64,000 bases of DNA from a virus: the IMG/VR virus record IMGVR_UViG_3300032046_000016, positions 16,905 to 80,904 of that record; one strand, written 5' to 3'. The notes under the pieces were generated by a model. The model was given only the letters and a program-made list of their open reading frames with translations, was not told the DNA's origin and ran no database searches. The translations under genes were made by a program, and so were the position numbers. Below are positions 9,301-16,534 of the stretch, piece by piece. The stretch's first letter is position 1, and every line of letters begins with the position of its first letter.

Positions 9301-9630
9301 CTTGATCGCCAGGACCTCGTCGGCCGACTGCACCGCCGAGCCGACTATGCTCACGAAGTGAGGGACGACCAGGACGGGATCGGTCAGCCGCTTCAGCACG
9401 CTGTCGTGCTTCATGCCCCGCTTGTCCATCTCGGCGACGATCCCAGCGTGGAGGGCGCGGCAGCGCTTCTGGCTCAGCGGCTTCTCGTGGACAAGGACCT
9501 CGTTGCCCTTCTTCAGCTCGGCCCACCAGATATGCGTCAGGCGGTGGTCAGCGACAAGCCCGCCATCCGATACCTTCGACGGGTCGAACGTGTCGATGTC
9601 CTTGATCTTGGCGATGTCCACAGCATTCAT
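6307..9630 (-). CDS. Head polyprotein: Pol-beta-type NTase-like + SAM methyltransferase + ATP-dependent DNA ligase + LigD phosphoesterase-like + XkdF-like prohead serine protease
   Basis: IVGS..DVDLL; LNLGCG..HFLEHL..RVLKSGG; EVKFNGYR, EGAMVK, WSKVK; FVYHHH..HGDLR; LVYGPVL..D.QDE..GVMH..VVESY..KGTW..GFSIEG. Confidence 0.85.
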   Translation of the reverse strand: MNAVDIAKIKDIDTFDPSKVSDGGLVADHRLTHIWWAELKKGNEVLVHEKPLSQKRCRALHAGIVAEMDKRGMKHDSVLKRLTDPVLVVPHFVSIVGSAVQSADEVLAIKAGGNGSKPGDVDLLYRLEACDHNAGLIEGLTILMRKEVDPGKSGKPELHHVFSASGPHSDYVPLYDLVLRPVEERAVVTLKKAGPVRLNLGCGKEKLDGYVNIDARADVKPDVVHDLSQGIPWPDGSVDEVRAWHFLEHLEDQVAIMGEIWRVLKSGGVLAFEVPSTQGEGAFADPTHKSYWNKLSFQFYADPKLREEAGTTAEFEILDLEEETFEEPGLWETVHVRGRLRAVKPTTKALTADSPSGMALQAEDLEKVALKPFGKWIPPKPAVAEYTEFLSSSELWDHWAKDRIAGGLDVEVKFNGYRTVVQKAGGRVEIAFENIRDRAKVFPDLAKMLLAIPGDYILDCDMGMVRDGKRLPRTELDPLLADEPDLAGATVVLTVFDLPYREEDLHEKPWTERRTALEEFYAKNLKGKAAFAITSTTIVHDRAQMNAAILKASAVAMSEGAMVKTLDGPYGIGGSTNEWSKVKHVTELKVTVIDSKDNAGGSKTYTCGLLHGRDSYTNLQEYDGREYIDVGGVSDNGTYPLGAVLTVQVQELVSGPDKDGKPILYWVVPTVIDRDISRKDAYYANQAVDIARRAHVLQEPKQKVQTSGQVTCPEIADADFELLEVPDIGLIHLLKQGEGESRGERFLRLWETDWQRMWPPSGTGQFVYHHHYMGIKEEDAGKSEADLRKAGYRYHGDLRCQFSPKLMFHPVIFKPDTDDDGTDEFLAADHAPSFQCTWYGPPPVEWLKVGRGKPAVFKPGEAGASSKTYGMLFAVAYGTWDMGVWHRHSFELFLKDEKGDMKGRLVISSVPRPTGERFWLAQWPEDETPVADTKTLDEVADERRKRGDHWLVWAKPGEKPKLVDLKAKAVESRIVLKMLIIKAVEEEHLVYGPVLKPWPYIDLQDEVVKAEEIRKAAHGFMERFQQIGVMHVYDDPRLRVVESYLAPTDFELEGTDGKLHKVVKGTWIMGVRVNDPREWERVKKGERTGFSIEGRARRIPRKRSEIK
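7506..7521. repeat. 16-bp palindrome GTCCAGACGTCTGGAC, copy 1
   Basis: Perfect palindrome, identical to 25659-25674. Confidence 0.8.
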
Positions 9631-9638
9631 GACGACAA

Positions 9639-9677
9639 AGACCCCACCGAAAGACGGTGGGGTCTCCAAGGGACCTC
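9639..9677 (-). promoter_or_regulatory. 11-bp hairpin occluding the polyprotein RBS, with two GAGNNCC motifs
   Basis: AGACCCCACCG-TCTTT-CGGTGGGGTCT ends 8 nt before ATG 9630; GAGGTCC (9677-9671) and GAGACCC (9666-9660). Confidence 0.6.
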
Positions 9678-9712
9678 TTCGTTAAGTGCTGGGGATCAGA
9701 TTCAGCGCCAGG

Positions 9713-9931
9713 TCATTGCAGGCGGGCGGCCGTCCTGTTGATCTCGGCTACCAGCTCGTCAAGGGGCACCTCCCAGTAGTGCCAGGCCCCGTGGTGCTTC
9801 TGGCGCATTCGCACCACGATCACGTCACGTCTAAGGCATACCATAAACCAGGGCGCTCCGCAAGCACAATACTGAGCGCGCTCGGCACCCTCTGCCGGCG
9901 GCGTCTCATGGGCCTGCAGCTCCCGCGTCAT
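9713..9931 (-). CDS. Small Zn-ribbon protein, Com-like translational regulator candidate
   Basis: YCACG...KHHGAWH; directly upstream of the hairpin and polyprotein. Confidence 0.5.
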   Translation of the reverse strand: MTRELQAHETPPAEGAERAQYCACGAPWFMVCLRRDVIVVRMRQKHHGAWHYWEVPLDELVAEINRTAARLQ

Positions 9932-9933
9932 TG

Positions 9934-10221
9934 TCAACGATAGGATTCCTGCCCTACCGCTGCCCGCGCGGCCCGGCGTACCTCGCCGACTTCCCGGGCC
10001 GTCAGGCCCCATTCCTGGAGCTGCTCGTCGGACACGCCGTCAAGCTGCTCCCTGGTCAAGGTTGTCAGGCCACCGCCCAGCTCCACCACGTCGCCCTTCC
10101 AGCAGTCCATCAGGCGCTGCCGCAGGCGGGGCCGGATGCCCATCTCTTCCAGAAACGACGTGTCGTCCCGCCGGCTGACGGGATACGTCTTGACGATCTT
10201 CGCAGCGCTACCATCAGGCAC
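9934..10221 (-). CDS. Hypothetical protein
   Basis: GTG start with GAGGAGG RBS; packed in operon. Confidence 0.5.
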   Translation of the reverse strand: MPDGSAAKIVKTYPVSRRDDTSFLEEMGIRPRLRQRLMDCWKGDVVELGGGLTTLTREQLDGVSDEQLQEWGLTAREVGEVRRAARAAVGQESYR

Positions 10222-10486
10222 GGCTGGCCTCCTCTGCCGGTTCTCTACCGCCACCGCCGCTCTCACCCTTCTCAAGGCGCGGGCCCCAATCCTCCGCGCG
10301 CTCTTCGACAGGCACGGCCATGAGCACGCGGCAGCGAAGGCAGGGCACCACGTAGAAGGTCGATGGCTCCCCCGCCGTCGGGCCGAAGTCCAGCAGATGG
10401 AACTCCGACTCGCCCTCGACCTGGACGCTATGCAGGTTCGGCCGGTGGCCGATCAGGACGCACAGCAAGCGCTTAAACAGATTCAT
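10214..10486 (-). CDS. Hypothetical protein (LLC..IGH..CLRC)
   Basis: Overlapping start/stop with neighbours. Confidence 0.5.
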   Translation of the reverse strand: MNLFKRLLCVLIGHRPNLHSVQVEGESEFHLLDFGPTAGEPSTFYVVPCLRCRVLMAVPVEERAEDWGPRLEKGESGGGGREPAEEASRA

Positions 10487-10803
10487 GGCCTCGCTCCCTC
10501 TGCGGCCAGCTCCTCGGGCTCGTCGGCGGTGACGTGCAGGGCGGCGGCCGGCAGTGGTGGAAGCATCTGGACGTCAGCCGCCTCTGCGGGCGCGGCATGG
10601 AGCATCACCGCCGTCATGGCGTCGATCTGCGGGTTCCGGGCGCCATCGAGCAGACCGAGCAACGTCATGCCCGTGACGGTCCAGCCGGACGGCCAGCAGC
10701 CGCGGATGATGCGCTCTGCCGCCTCCGCGTCGTGGACGATGAAGGGTGCCTCCGCCACGACACTACCGTCCTGGTCGAGAACCTTGAGCACATGCAGCTC
10801 CAC
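10483..10803 (-). CDS. Hypothetical protein
   Basis: GGAGGT RBS; follows promoter at 10831-10858. Confidence 0.55.
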   Translation of the reverse strand: MELHVLKVLDQDGSVVAEAPFIVHDAEAAERIIRGCWPSGWTVTGMTLLGLLDGARNPQIDAMTAVMLHAAPAEAADVQMLPPLPAAALHVTADEPEELAAEGARP

Positions 10804-10830
10804 GCTTCACCTCCGACAACTATCGCGCAG

Positions 10831-10858
10831 ATGATAACACAACGACTAAGCCCGTCAA
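10831..10858 (-). promoter_or_regulatory. Sigma70-type promoter (leftward)
   Basis: TTGACG-16-TATCAT with extended TG. Confidence 0.5.
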
Positions 10859-10864
10859 TCGACC

Positions 10865-10892
10865 TTGACAGCACGGACAGGCGTGCTACACT
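10865..10892 (+). promoter_or_regulatory. Sigma70-type promoter (rightward) for candidate sRNA
   Basis: TTGACA-16-TACACT with extended TG; AGCACG-N6-CGTGCT palindrome spanning the spacer. Confidence 0.6.
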
Positions 10893-10895
10893 CAA

Positions 10896-10960
10896 GGTGC
10901 CCCTAAACAGGTGCCCTCCTGTGACGGAGCACAAGAGCGTCGGCGCCAGCCGGCGTTCTT
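10896..10960 (+). ncRNA. Candidate trans-acting antisense sRNA (anti-RBS GGUGCCCUCCUGU)
   Basis: Own promoter, 13-nt complement of shared early-gene RBS, 12-bp terminal hairpin with G.U pairs on + strand. Confidence 0.5.
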
Positions 10961-10966
10961 GATGTC

Positions 10967-11983
10967 TCAGGCAGAGCGCCTCTGGCCGCTCCAAGGAACC
11001 TCCGGGCGGTCCCAGGCACAAGGATCGGCAGCGGCCTTTCGCAGCAGCTTGCCCACGCCAACCCAGCAGCGACGCGAGAACGGCGACACCCTGCAGCGGC
11101 AGCGTGGGTGTAGGGGAGGATGATCGTGGCCGCTCGGAAACATGCCCCCGAAATGGGCGCTGGGAGGCGACGGCGCCAGGAGGCCGGACCGGAGAGGCAC
11201 CGCGCCGGCCGCCTCGTTGTCCCGGCAGCGTGAGCAGGCGCCAAACTGGCAGATCCACTCGACGTACTCCACGCCGTTCTGCTGGAAGGTCATCAGGCGG
11301 CCGATCTGCCGCGTGCGCTTCAGCTCGGTCCTGGCGATCAGCTCGGCGCGGTCCCGGTTCTGAACGATCTTGTCTATCTGGCCAGTCATGCGCTCCGGCC
11401 CGAAGTTGCCGGACAACCCGCGGAGGATGGAGTTGGCGATGGAGCGGCGGGTCTGCTCACGGATTCCCTTGATGCTGGAGCCCACGGTCAGCGACAGCAT
11501 GCGCCGGATCGCTGGGTCGCGGAGAACGAAGCGCTCGGGCGGGAAGCCCTCGCCCTTCGGGCCCGCCTTCTTGACGTCCTGAGCGGTGTAGCCCAGCTCG
11601 GTCAGGGCGTCGGCGCCGCCCCGCTGGAAGCCCAGGATCGCGTCCAGCGCCAGGACCGTTCCCATCTTGGCCCACAGACGCTGCGCCTCCTCGCTATCGT
11701 CCCAGGCTGCCAGCAGCCCCTCGATGCGGCTGCGCGTCGAGTTGGGCGACAGGCGCACCCATTCCTCGACCGGCATCGAACGGCGCAGCTCCGCGAACAG
11801 GCGGAGGACACCGAGGCCGGCCTTTACCTCGTGGGGCTCAATCAGGTCGCGGGGTTTCGGGCGTGTGGGGAGCGGAAGACGGTAGCGTTGCTGGGGCGTC
11901 GCCGCCTTGAGGATGTCAGTCGCCGGAGGGCTGAGAGTCGTGGTCCTGTGCCTCCCTTCGGCGATAGCCGTTACGCTCTCCAA
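10967..11983 (-). CDS. MuF/SPP1 gp7-like minor head protein
   Basis: RAELIARTE, CSRC, PPLHPRCRC motifs; start uncertain. Confidence 0.88.
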   Translation of the reverse strand: MESVTAIAEGRHRTTTLSPPATDILKAATPQQRYRLPLPTRPKPRDLIEPHEVKAGLGVLRLFAELRRSMPVEEWVRLSPNSTRSRIEGLLAAWDDSEEAQRLWAKMGTVLALDAILGFQRGGADALTELGYTAQDVKKAGPKGEGFPPERFVLRDPAIRRMLSLTVGSSIKGIREQTRRSIANSILRGLSGNFGPERMTGQIDKIVQNRDRAELIARTELKRTRQIGRLMTFQQNGVEYVEWICQFGACSRCRDNEAAGAVPLRSGLLAPSPPSAHFGGMFPSGHDHPPLHPRCRCRVSPFSRRCWVGVGKLLRKAAADPCAWDRPEVPWSGQRRSA

Positions 11984-12218
11984 TCGCCGCCATCAGCGCC
12001 TGCAGGAGAAGGTCCCAAGGTCCGAGGCGCCGGCGCGGAAAGCCGGTTACCCGGCCGTGGCGCCAGGCCACACGCGGTCGCCGCCGCTTCGACAGGAACA
12101 CCACGTAGTTGCCCATCGTCGGGCTTCCCGTGCAGTCGTTGGCGATCAGCGCCGTCCCCAGGTGCTCCCGCGGGGCGGCGCCGGCCGCAGGCACGGACTC
12201 GACCGTCACCCTCAACAT
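11916..12218 (-). CDS. Phage hypothetical protein
   Basis: MLRVTVE..IAND.TG...GNY..GFPR..W.LL pattern. Confidence 0.55.
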   Translation of the reverse strand: MLRVTVESVPAAGAAPREHLGTALIANDCTGSPTMGNYVVFLSKRRRPRVAWRHGRVTGFPRRRLGPWDLLLQALMAAIGERNGYRRREAQDHDSQPSGD

Positions 12219-12364
12219 ACCGCCACCGCCTCGGGAGACCGGTTCCTCTTTATCTGTTGCAGGAGAAGCCGTAGCGCGCATTGCAGGCACACGTACTCTT
12301 CCTCAAGAGGGTCGAAGTGCAGATCGCCGCCGCACTTCGGGCAGGCCTTCAGTACGAGCCTCAC
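12212..12364 (-). CDS. Small zinc-finger protein
   Basis: CPKCGGDL...CLQC; GTGA overlap with portal stop. Confidence 0.55.
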   Translation of the reverse strand: MRLVLKACPKCGGDLHFDPLEEEYVCLQCALRLLLQQIKRNRSPEAVAVC

Positions 12365-14004
12365 ACCGCTAGCTGAAACAGCTCCTGCAGGTCCGCGCTC
12401 GCCGCCTTCTTCGTAGCCGCATCCACGCCGGCGTCCCGGAGGTCCTGGATCACGCTGTCGAAGTACCAGCGGATCTCGCCCTCGGTGTCCAGCTCCTGCA
12501 TCGCCTTCTCGACCGCCACCTTCAGCGGGTCGGGAACCTGCGAGCTCAGGAACTTGCGCCGGCGGCCCCGCTCGCAGTCCTTGAGCGCGGCCCTCTTCCA
12601 GCGCCGCATCTCGTCCAGGACAGGCTGAGCGGCGTCGGCCTTCTGCGCCTTGCCTGCGCCCTCGGGCTGCACGAAGAGCGGAGTGGCCGCCTCGCCAGCC
12701 GGCACGAGGCCCTGATTCATCAGGAACGTATCGCCGCCCTCGTAGGGCTCCATGCCGCGCTTGGCGCGCCACTCGTTGCGGGTCTGCAGGCCGGAGCCGA
12801 CCGCGCTCACGCCGACCGCCACCTCGTCGCTTTCCTTGGCGAAGTCCGGAACCTTGAACTGGATGCGCCAGCCCTTGATGCCCTTCCGCCAGAGGCGCCA
12901 CATGTTCAGCGTCGTCTGCACGATCTCCTGCATGGGCTTGGCTTCCATCCAGTACAGGATCTGCTCCAGGCCCTCCAGGTTCGCGCGGTTGACGTCCTCG
13001 ACCATGCCAAGCACGCCCGCCGATGCGCCCACGACGGACAGCATCTCGTTGCGGCTGAACGTCCGGCCCTTCAGGTACTCCGAGTCGCGGCCCGGACCTG
13101 GACCGCTCACGAAGCTCTTGTAGTCGACGCCACCCTTCACGACAACGGCGTCGCGGTTGGCGTTCTCGACCCCCGCATACCAGGCCTCGATCTTAGCCTC
13201 CAGCGCTGCGAAATCGTCGTCCTCGATGTCCTCGGGCGCTGCCCACATGCCTGGTGGGGTGCGCTGATTGCGGAACGAGTTCTTGTTCCACGCCTGGGCG
13301 TACAGATCGGTGATAGCGGCGATGCGCAGCGACTCCAGGTCGGAGGCGGTCCACCGTCCCTCGATGTCGGGCACCTGGAAGTTCAGCACCTCGTCGATGG
13401 CAAACTCGGCGGCTTTGCCCTCGAAGTACTGGATGTACGCCTTCTCCAGGTTGGGGAAGTAGCCCTTGGCGTCCACCATCGGCACCACCCGCCCCGGCAT
13501 GACCACGAAGTCGATCTCGTCGCCGAAGCCGTTCTTGACGATCTCCCACGAGCAGAGGTTAAAGAGCTTCAGCCGGGCGAACGTCAGCCAGAGCTTGTGC
13601 ACGGTGAGCTGCCACTGGCGGACGTTAATCACGGGCCCCTGGAGGTCGGGGTTAAAGAAGGTCCGCAGGTAGGCGCCAGCGTCGGGGTCGGGGTCTTCAC
13701 CCTCTTCCAGCTCGTCGCGGGCCTCGACGATCTCCAGCGGCTGCGCCACGCAGATCAGGGCGATGCGCCGAATGGCGGCGCGCACCCAGGGTAGCGACCG
13801 CCACAGGGCGACGAGCTCGAAGTGGCTGATCTGGGCGCTGCCCTCATACATGGCAGCCATCCCAGCGCCAAGCCCGTACAGGAAAGGTGGCCGCATGAAG
13901 CTGCGCGGCTGCGGCGCGGACTTCGGCGATGGCGTCGCCGCCTTAATGACGCGCCGCTCGTGGCCAGGAGGAAGCCAGAGCTCAACCTCAGTCCCTGTCG
14001 TCAT
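12361..14004 (-). CDS. Portal protein (HK97 family)
   Basis: WVRAAIRRIA, NKNSFRN..PPG, NRAN, TRNEWRA..GMEP..GGD motifs; after terminase. Confidence 0.92.
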   Translation of the reverse strand: MTTGTEVELWLPPGHERRVIKAATPSPKSAPQPRSFMRPPFLYGLGAGMAAMYEGSAQISHFELVALWRSLPWVRAAIRRIALICVAQPLEIVEARDELEEGEDPDPDAGAYLRTFFNPDLQGPVINVRQWQLTVHKLWLTFARLKLFNLCSWEIVKNGFGDEIDFVVMPGRVVPMVDAKGYFPNLEKAYIQYFEGKAAEFAIDEVLNFQVPDIEGRWTASDLESLRIAAITDLYAQAWNKNSFRNQRTPPGMWAAPEDIEDDDFAALEAKIEAWYAGVENANRDAVVVKGGVDYKSFVSGPGPGRDSEYLKGRTFSRNEMLSVVGASAGVLGMVEDVNRANLEGLEQILYWMEAKPMQEIVQTTLNMWRLWRKGIKGWRIQFKVPDFAKESDEVAVGVSAVGSGLQTRNEWRAKRGMEPYEGGDTFLMNQGLVPAGEAATPLFVQPEGAGKAQKADAAQPVLDEMRRWKRAALKDCERGRRRKFLSSQVPDPLKVAVEKAMQELDTEGEIRWYFDSVIQDLRDAGVDAATKKAASADLQELFQLAV

Positions 14005-14153
14005 CTCTTGCTCCTTCGGCGGGCACTAACCGAGCCAGGGAGGATCACGGCGGAGGCGACGCTCTTCCGCGCCTGCTTCCTCGCCTGATGCTTAGCTATC
14101 TCATTCGCCCTGTGCGCGGACGCGGCCCTGCGCTTCCTGGCGTTATGGCTCAC
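14001..14153 (-). CDS. Small very basic peptide (50 aa)
   Basis: MSHNARKRRAASAHRANEIAKHQARKQARKS...; 4-nt overlaps at both ends. Confidence 0.45.
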   Translation of the reverse strand: MSHNARKRRAASAHRANEIAKHQARKQARKSVASAVILPGSVSARRRSKR

Positions 14154-14383
14154 CCGCCGCCACCGTTCCGCTTTCCCTGTTGCTGTGCCTTCTCAGCGAC
14201 CTCGGCCGCCAGCCGGCGATAGGTCGGTCGGGCGGCCACGACGTCCTGGCAGTGGCGCAGGGAGAACATGAAGTGAACCGGATCGCTCGGGGATTGCTGG
14301 GGCAGTTGGGAGAAGGCGGTCCAGGCGGCCGTTAGGTGCTCAAGAAGTGCCTTCTCAGCGTCGGTCAGGCCAGTCTCGCTCAC
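14150..14383 (-). CDS. Hypothetical protein
   Basis: Coupled to terminase stop. Confidence 0.55.
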   Translation of the reverse strand: MSETGLTDAEKALLEHLTAAWTAFSQLPQQSPSDPVHFMFSLRHCQDVVAARPTYRRLAAEVAEKAQQQGKRNGGGG

Positions 14384-15963
14384 CTTTTCCCTCCCAAGAC
14401 CCGGAACTCGGCCTCAGCGGGGAACCCCTTATCTACCCCCACACAGCCGTATGATACAGCATCACAACCGTGATCGGGATTGCTTCCGGCAACATTCTCC
14501 GCAGGCTGCTCGCCGTAGGTCCCATCGGGAAGCTGTACCCTGTGCCACACCTCCATCTCTTCGGCCAGGCCCGGCACTCTCGGGTGCACCTTGAACCGGC
14601 GGTAACCGCTGTTGTCGCGGACGAAGCGCCGATAGACCGACACGCGATCGAGGATTCTCACCGGCTTGCTGAGGTCCCGGACCCGGCAGCGCTTTCGGAT
14701 ACGGTAGGCCGTCTCGGGTGAGCTGGGGTCGCCGTAGGAGACCCGCGGCTTCCTGTACGGGCCCCGCCGCTCGCCGCTGCGCGGGTCGCGGCAGAAGAAG
14801 CGTTCCTCCTTCTCGAGCGAGCCGTCGTGCACGTAGTCGAGGACCTCGTCGATGTCGTGCTGGGTGACGTAGACGCCGTCGAACACGTGGACGTCGCCGT
14901 TCTTGCAGAACTGGCACCAGTAGAGGACAAACGGGTCGGTGAAGCCGTAGTCCCAGCACCAGAACGTGGGGCCGGCCTCCGCGTCGTACTCGGCCTCCTC
15001 CGTCACGTTGCCGTCGGGCAGGACCGACCAGTTGGGCACCACCAGCCCCTGCCGCGACCCTCTTCGCACAAGGTACTGGACGATCCAGGTCTCCTCGTCA
15101 ACCTCCTGGTGCCTGTGCAGGATATCTTCAAGCCTCAGGTGCCCACGGCTGTTTCGAACCCGGCCGCCGCACTCGCTCGGCTCGCGCCACAACGGGCAGC
15201 TCGGCGGCTCCAGGACAATCCCCCGCTTCACCCTCTCGGCGTCCTCACACATCGGGCAGGGCCGCATCGCCTCGTACACACACCAGCGGTAGACCCGGCG
15301 CCCACGCGCCGGCGCCTCATTGATGATCCGCTGCATCGTCCCGTGGACGGTCCGCAGGGCGCTCGTGATGATCTCCTGGAGCGGCACCTCGTCGCTGCTC
15401 AAGGGCATCCCCAGGAACTGCTGATAGACGTCCCACGGGCAGAAGTCGGCCTCGTCCAGCAGGCCGCGCTGCGGGTGCGGGCCCGACACACCGGTTATGG
15501 TCCCGGGCAGGATCGCCACGAACGAGCCGTTGCGATACGTCGTCTTCCTCATCGTCGGCAGGGTCAGCGGGTCGCGGCGGAACGGCTTCATCTGGAAGTA
15601 CTCAAGCAGATAGCCGTAGCCGAGCTGCGCCTGAGCCAGGATCGAGCCAACGTGGTTCGTCCCGCAGCGTTCGCGGAACCGGCTGTTCAGGTGGTCGAGG
15701 ATCGACAGGTTCCTGGTCTTGCCGCCACCGCGCGGGCCCACGACGGCCGCGGATCGGAAGCGGTCGAAGATGGCGTCGGCCATGAAGTCGAGGGGCGCGA
15801 CGTGGTCCTCGCAGACGGCCGCGTAGTCGATGTCAAACCCGAGGTGCTGGCTGACGTAGTGGAAGAGGTGCTCTCTATTCCTCGGCCGGATCTCGGGCAG
15901 GTGGTGCAGCCAGTCTGGGGGCCGACCGCCCTGTGCGGTTCTCGTAGAGGGCGCGGTAGGCAA
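14380..15963 (-). CDS. Terminase large subunit
   Basis: Walker A GPRGGGKT, LLDEAD, nuclease WDYGFTDP, YGDPS, DHGCDAVSY; TTG start inferred. Confidence 0.92.
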   Translation of the reverse strand: MPTAPSTRTAQGGRPPDWLHHLPEIRPRNREHLFHYVSQHLGFDIDYAAVCEDHVAPLDFMADAIFDRFRSAAVVGPRGGGKTRNLSILDHLNSRFRERCGTNHVGSILAQAQLGYGYLLEYFQMKPFRRDPLTLPTMRKTTYRNGSFVAILPGTITGVSGPHPQRGLLDEADFCPWDVYQQFLGMPLSSDEVPLQEIITSALRTVHGTMQRIINEAPARGRRVYRWCVYEAMRPCPMCEDAERVKRGIVLEPPSCPLWREPSECGGRVRNSRGHLRLEDILHRHQEVDEETWIVQYLVRRGSRQGLVVPNWSVLPDGNVTEEAEYDAEAGPTFWCWDYGFTDPFVLYWCQFCKNGDVHVFDGVYVTQHDIDEVLDYVHDGSLEKEERFFCRDPRSGERRGPYRKPRVSYGDPSSPETAYRIRKRCRVRDLSKPVRILDRVSVYRRFVRDNSGYRRFKVHPRVPGLAEEMEVWHRVQLPDGTYGEQPAENVAGSNPDHGCDAVSYGCVGVDKGFPAEAEFRVLGGKR

Positions 15964-16534
15964 CCAGCACCTCTTCCTCGACCTCAGGGGTGGCGCCAGT
16001 CCCAACGAAGACGTTGGTCTGGCTCTGCAGGAAGGTCGGCGGGACCGGGCGCGACGGGTACATTCCCACGTCCTGCCCGATCTCCCATATCTTACCAAGG
16101 ACGGTGACCAGGGTTCGCGTGGCGCCGTCTATCTCTTCCATCAAGAAGCCCCCGCGCGCCCCTTCTTCCACCTCCATCGCCCGACCTATCCGGTCGATCA
16201 AGGACGGCACCAGGCCGCTCAGCACTTCGAGGACGTTGATCTTGACGTCGATGCCGGCGAGCTTCTTCTGGATGAAGCTCTCGGGCAGCATCGCCGCGTC
16301 CGGAACGTGGGCCTCTCGGTAACGCTGGATGCAGCTTCGCCCTGGAATGGCGGCGAGCAGGTCGGGATAGTCGGCGTAGAGCGTGCGCAGGTAGCGTTCG
16401 ACGCTGCCCGGCGACCAGCGCGACTGCAGCAGGTCAACGATGTCGTCGCAGAAGGGCGACGCCTCGACGCGGGACACGTGCCGCCCGCCCAACCGCTGCG
16501 GAGCTTTAACGGGTTCTTCGGGGTTCTCTCTCAT
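15875..16534 (-). CDS. Putative terminase small subunit
   Basis: Helical protein directly upstream of and overlapping TerL. Confidence 0.5.
   Translation of the reverse strand: MRENPEEPVKAPQRLGGRHVSRVEASPFCDDIVDLLQSRWSPGSVERYLRTLYADYPDLLAAIPGRSCIQRYREAHVPDAAMLPESFIQKKLAGIDVKINVLEVLSGLVPSLIDRIGRAMEVEEGARGGFLMEEIDGATRTLVTVLGKIWEIGQDVGMYPSRPVPPTFLQSQTNVFVGTGATPEVEEEVLVAYRALYENRTGRSAPRLAAPPARDPAEE

Noticed and set aside
6304-9741. 1145-aa + strand ORF (and similar long + ORFs at 4293, 14827, 17799, 27561, 41294)
   Set aside because: Antisense shadows of well-supported minus-strand genes in high-GC DNA; no motifs
10665-11258. Minus-strand ORF that could use the RBS-like motif at 10910
   Set aside because: Overlaps MuF and ORF 10483-10803 out of frame and runs through two promoters; no protein-like features
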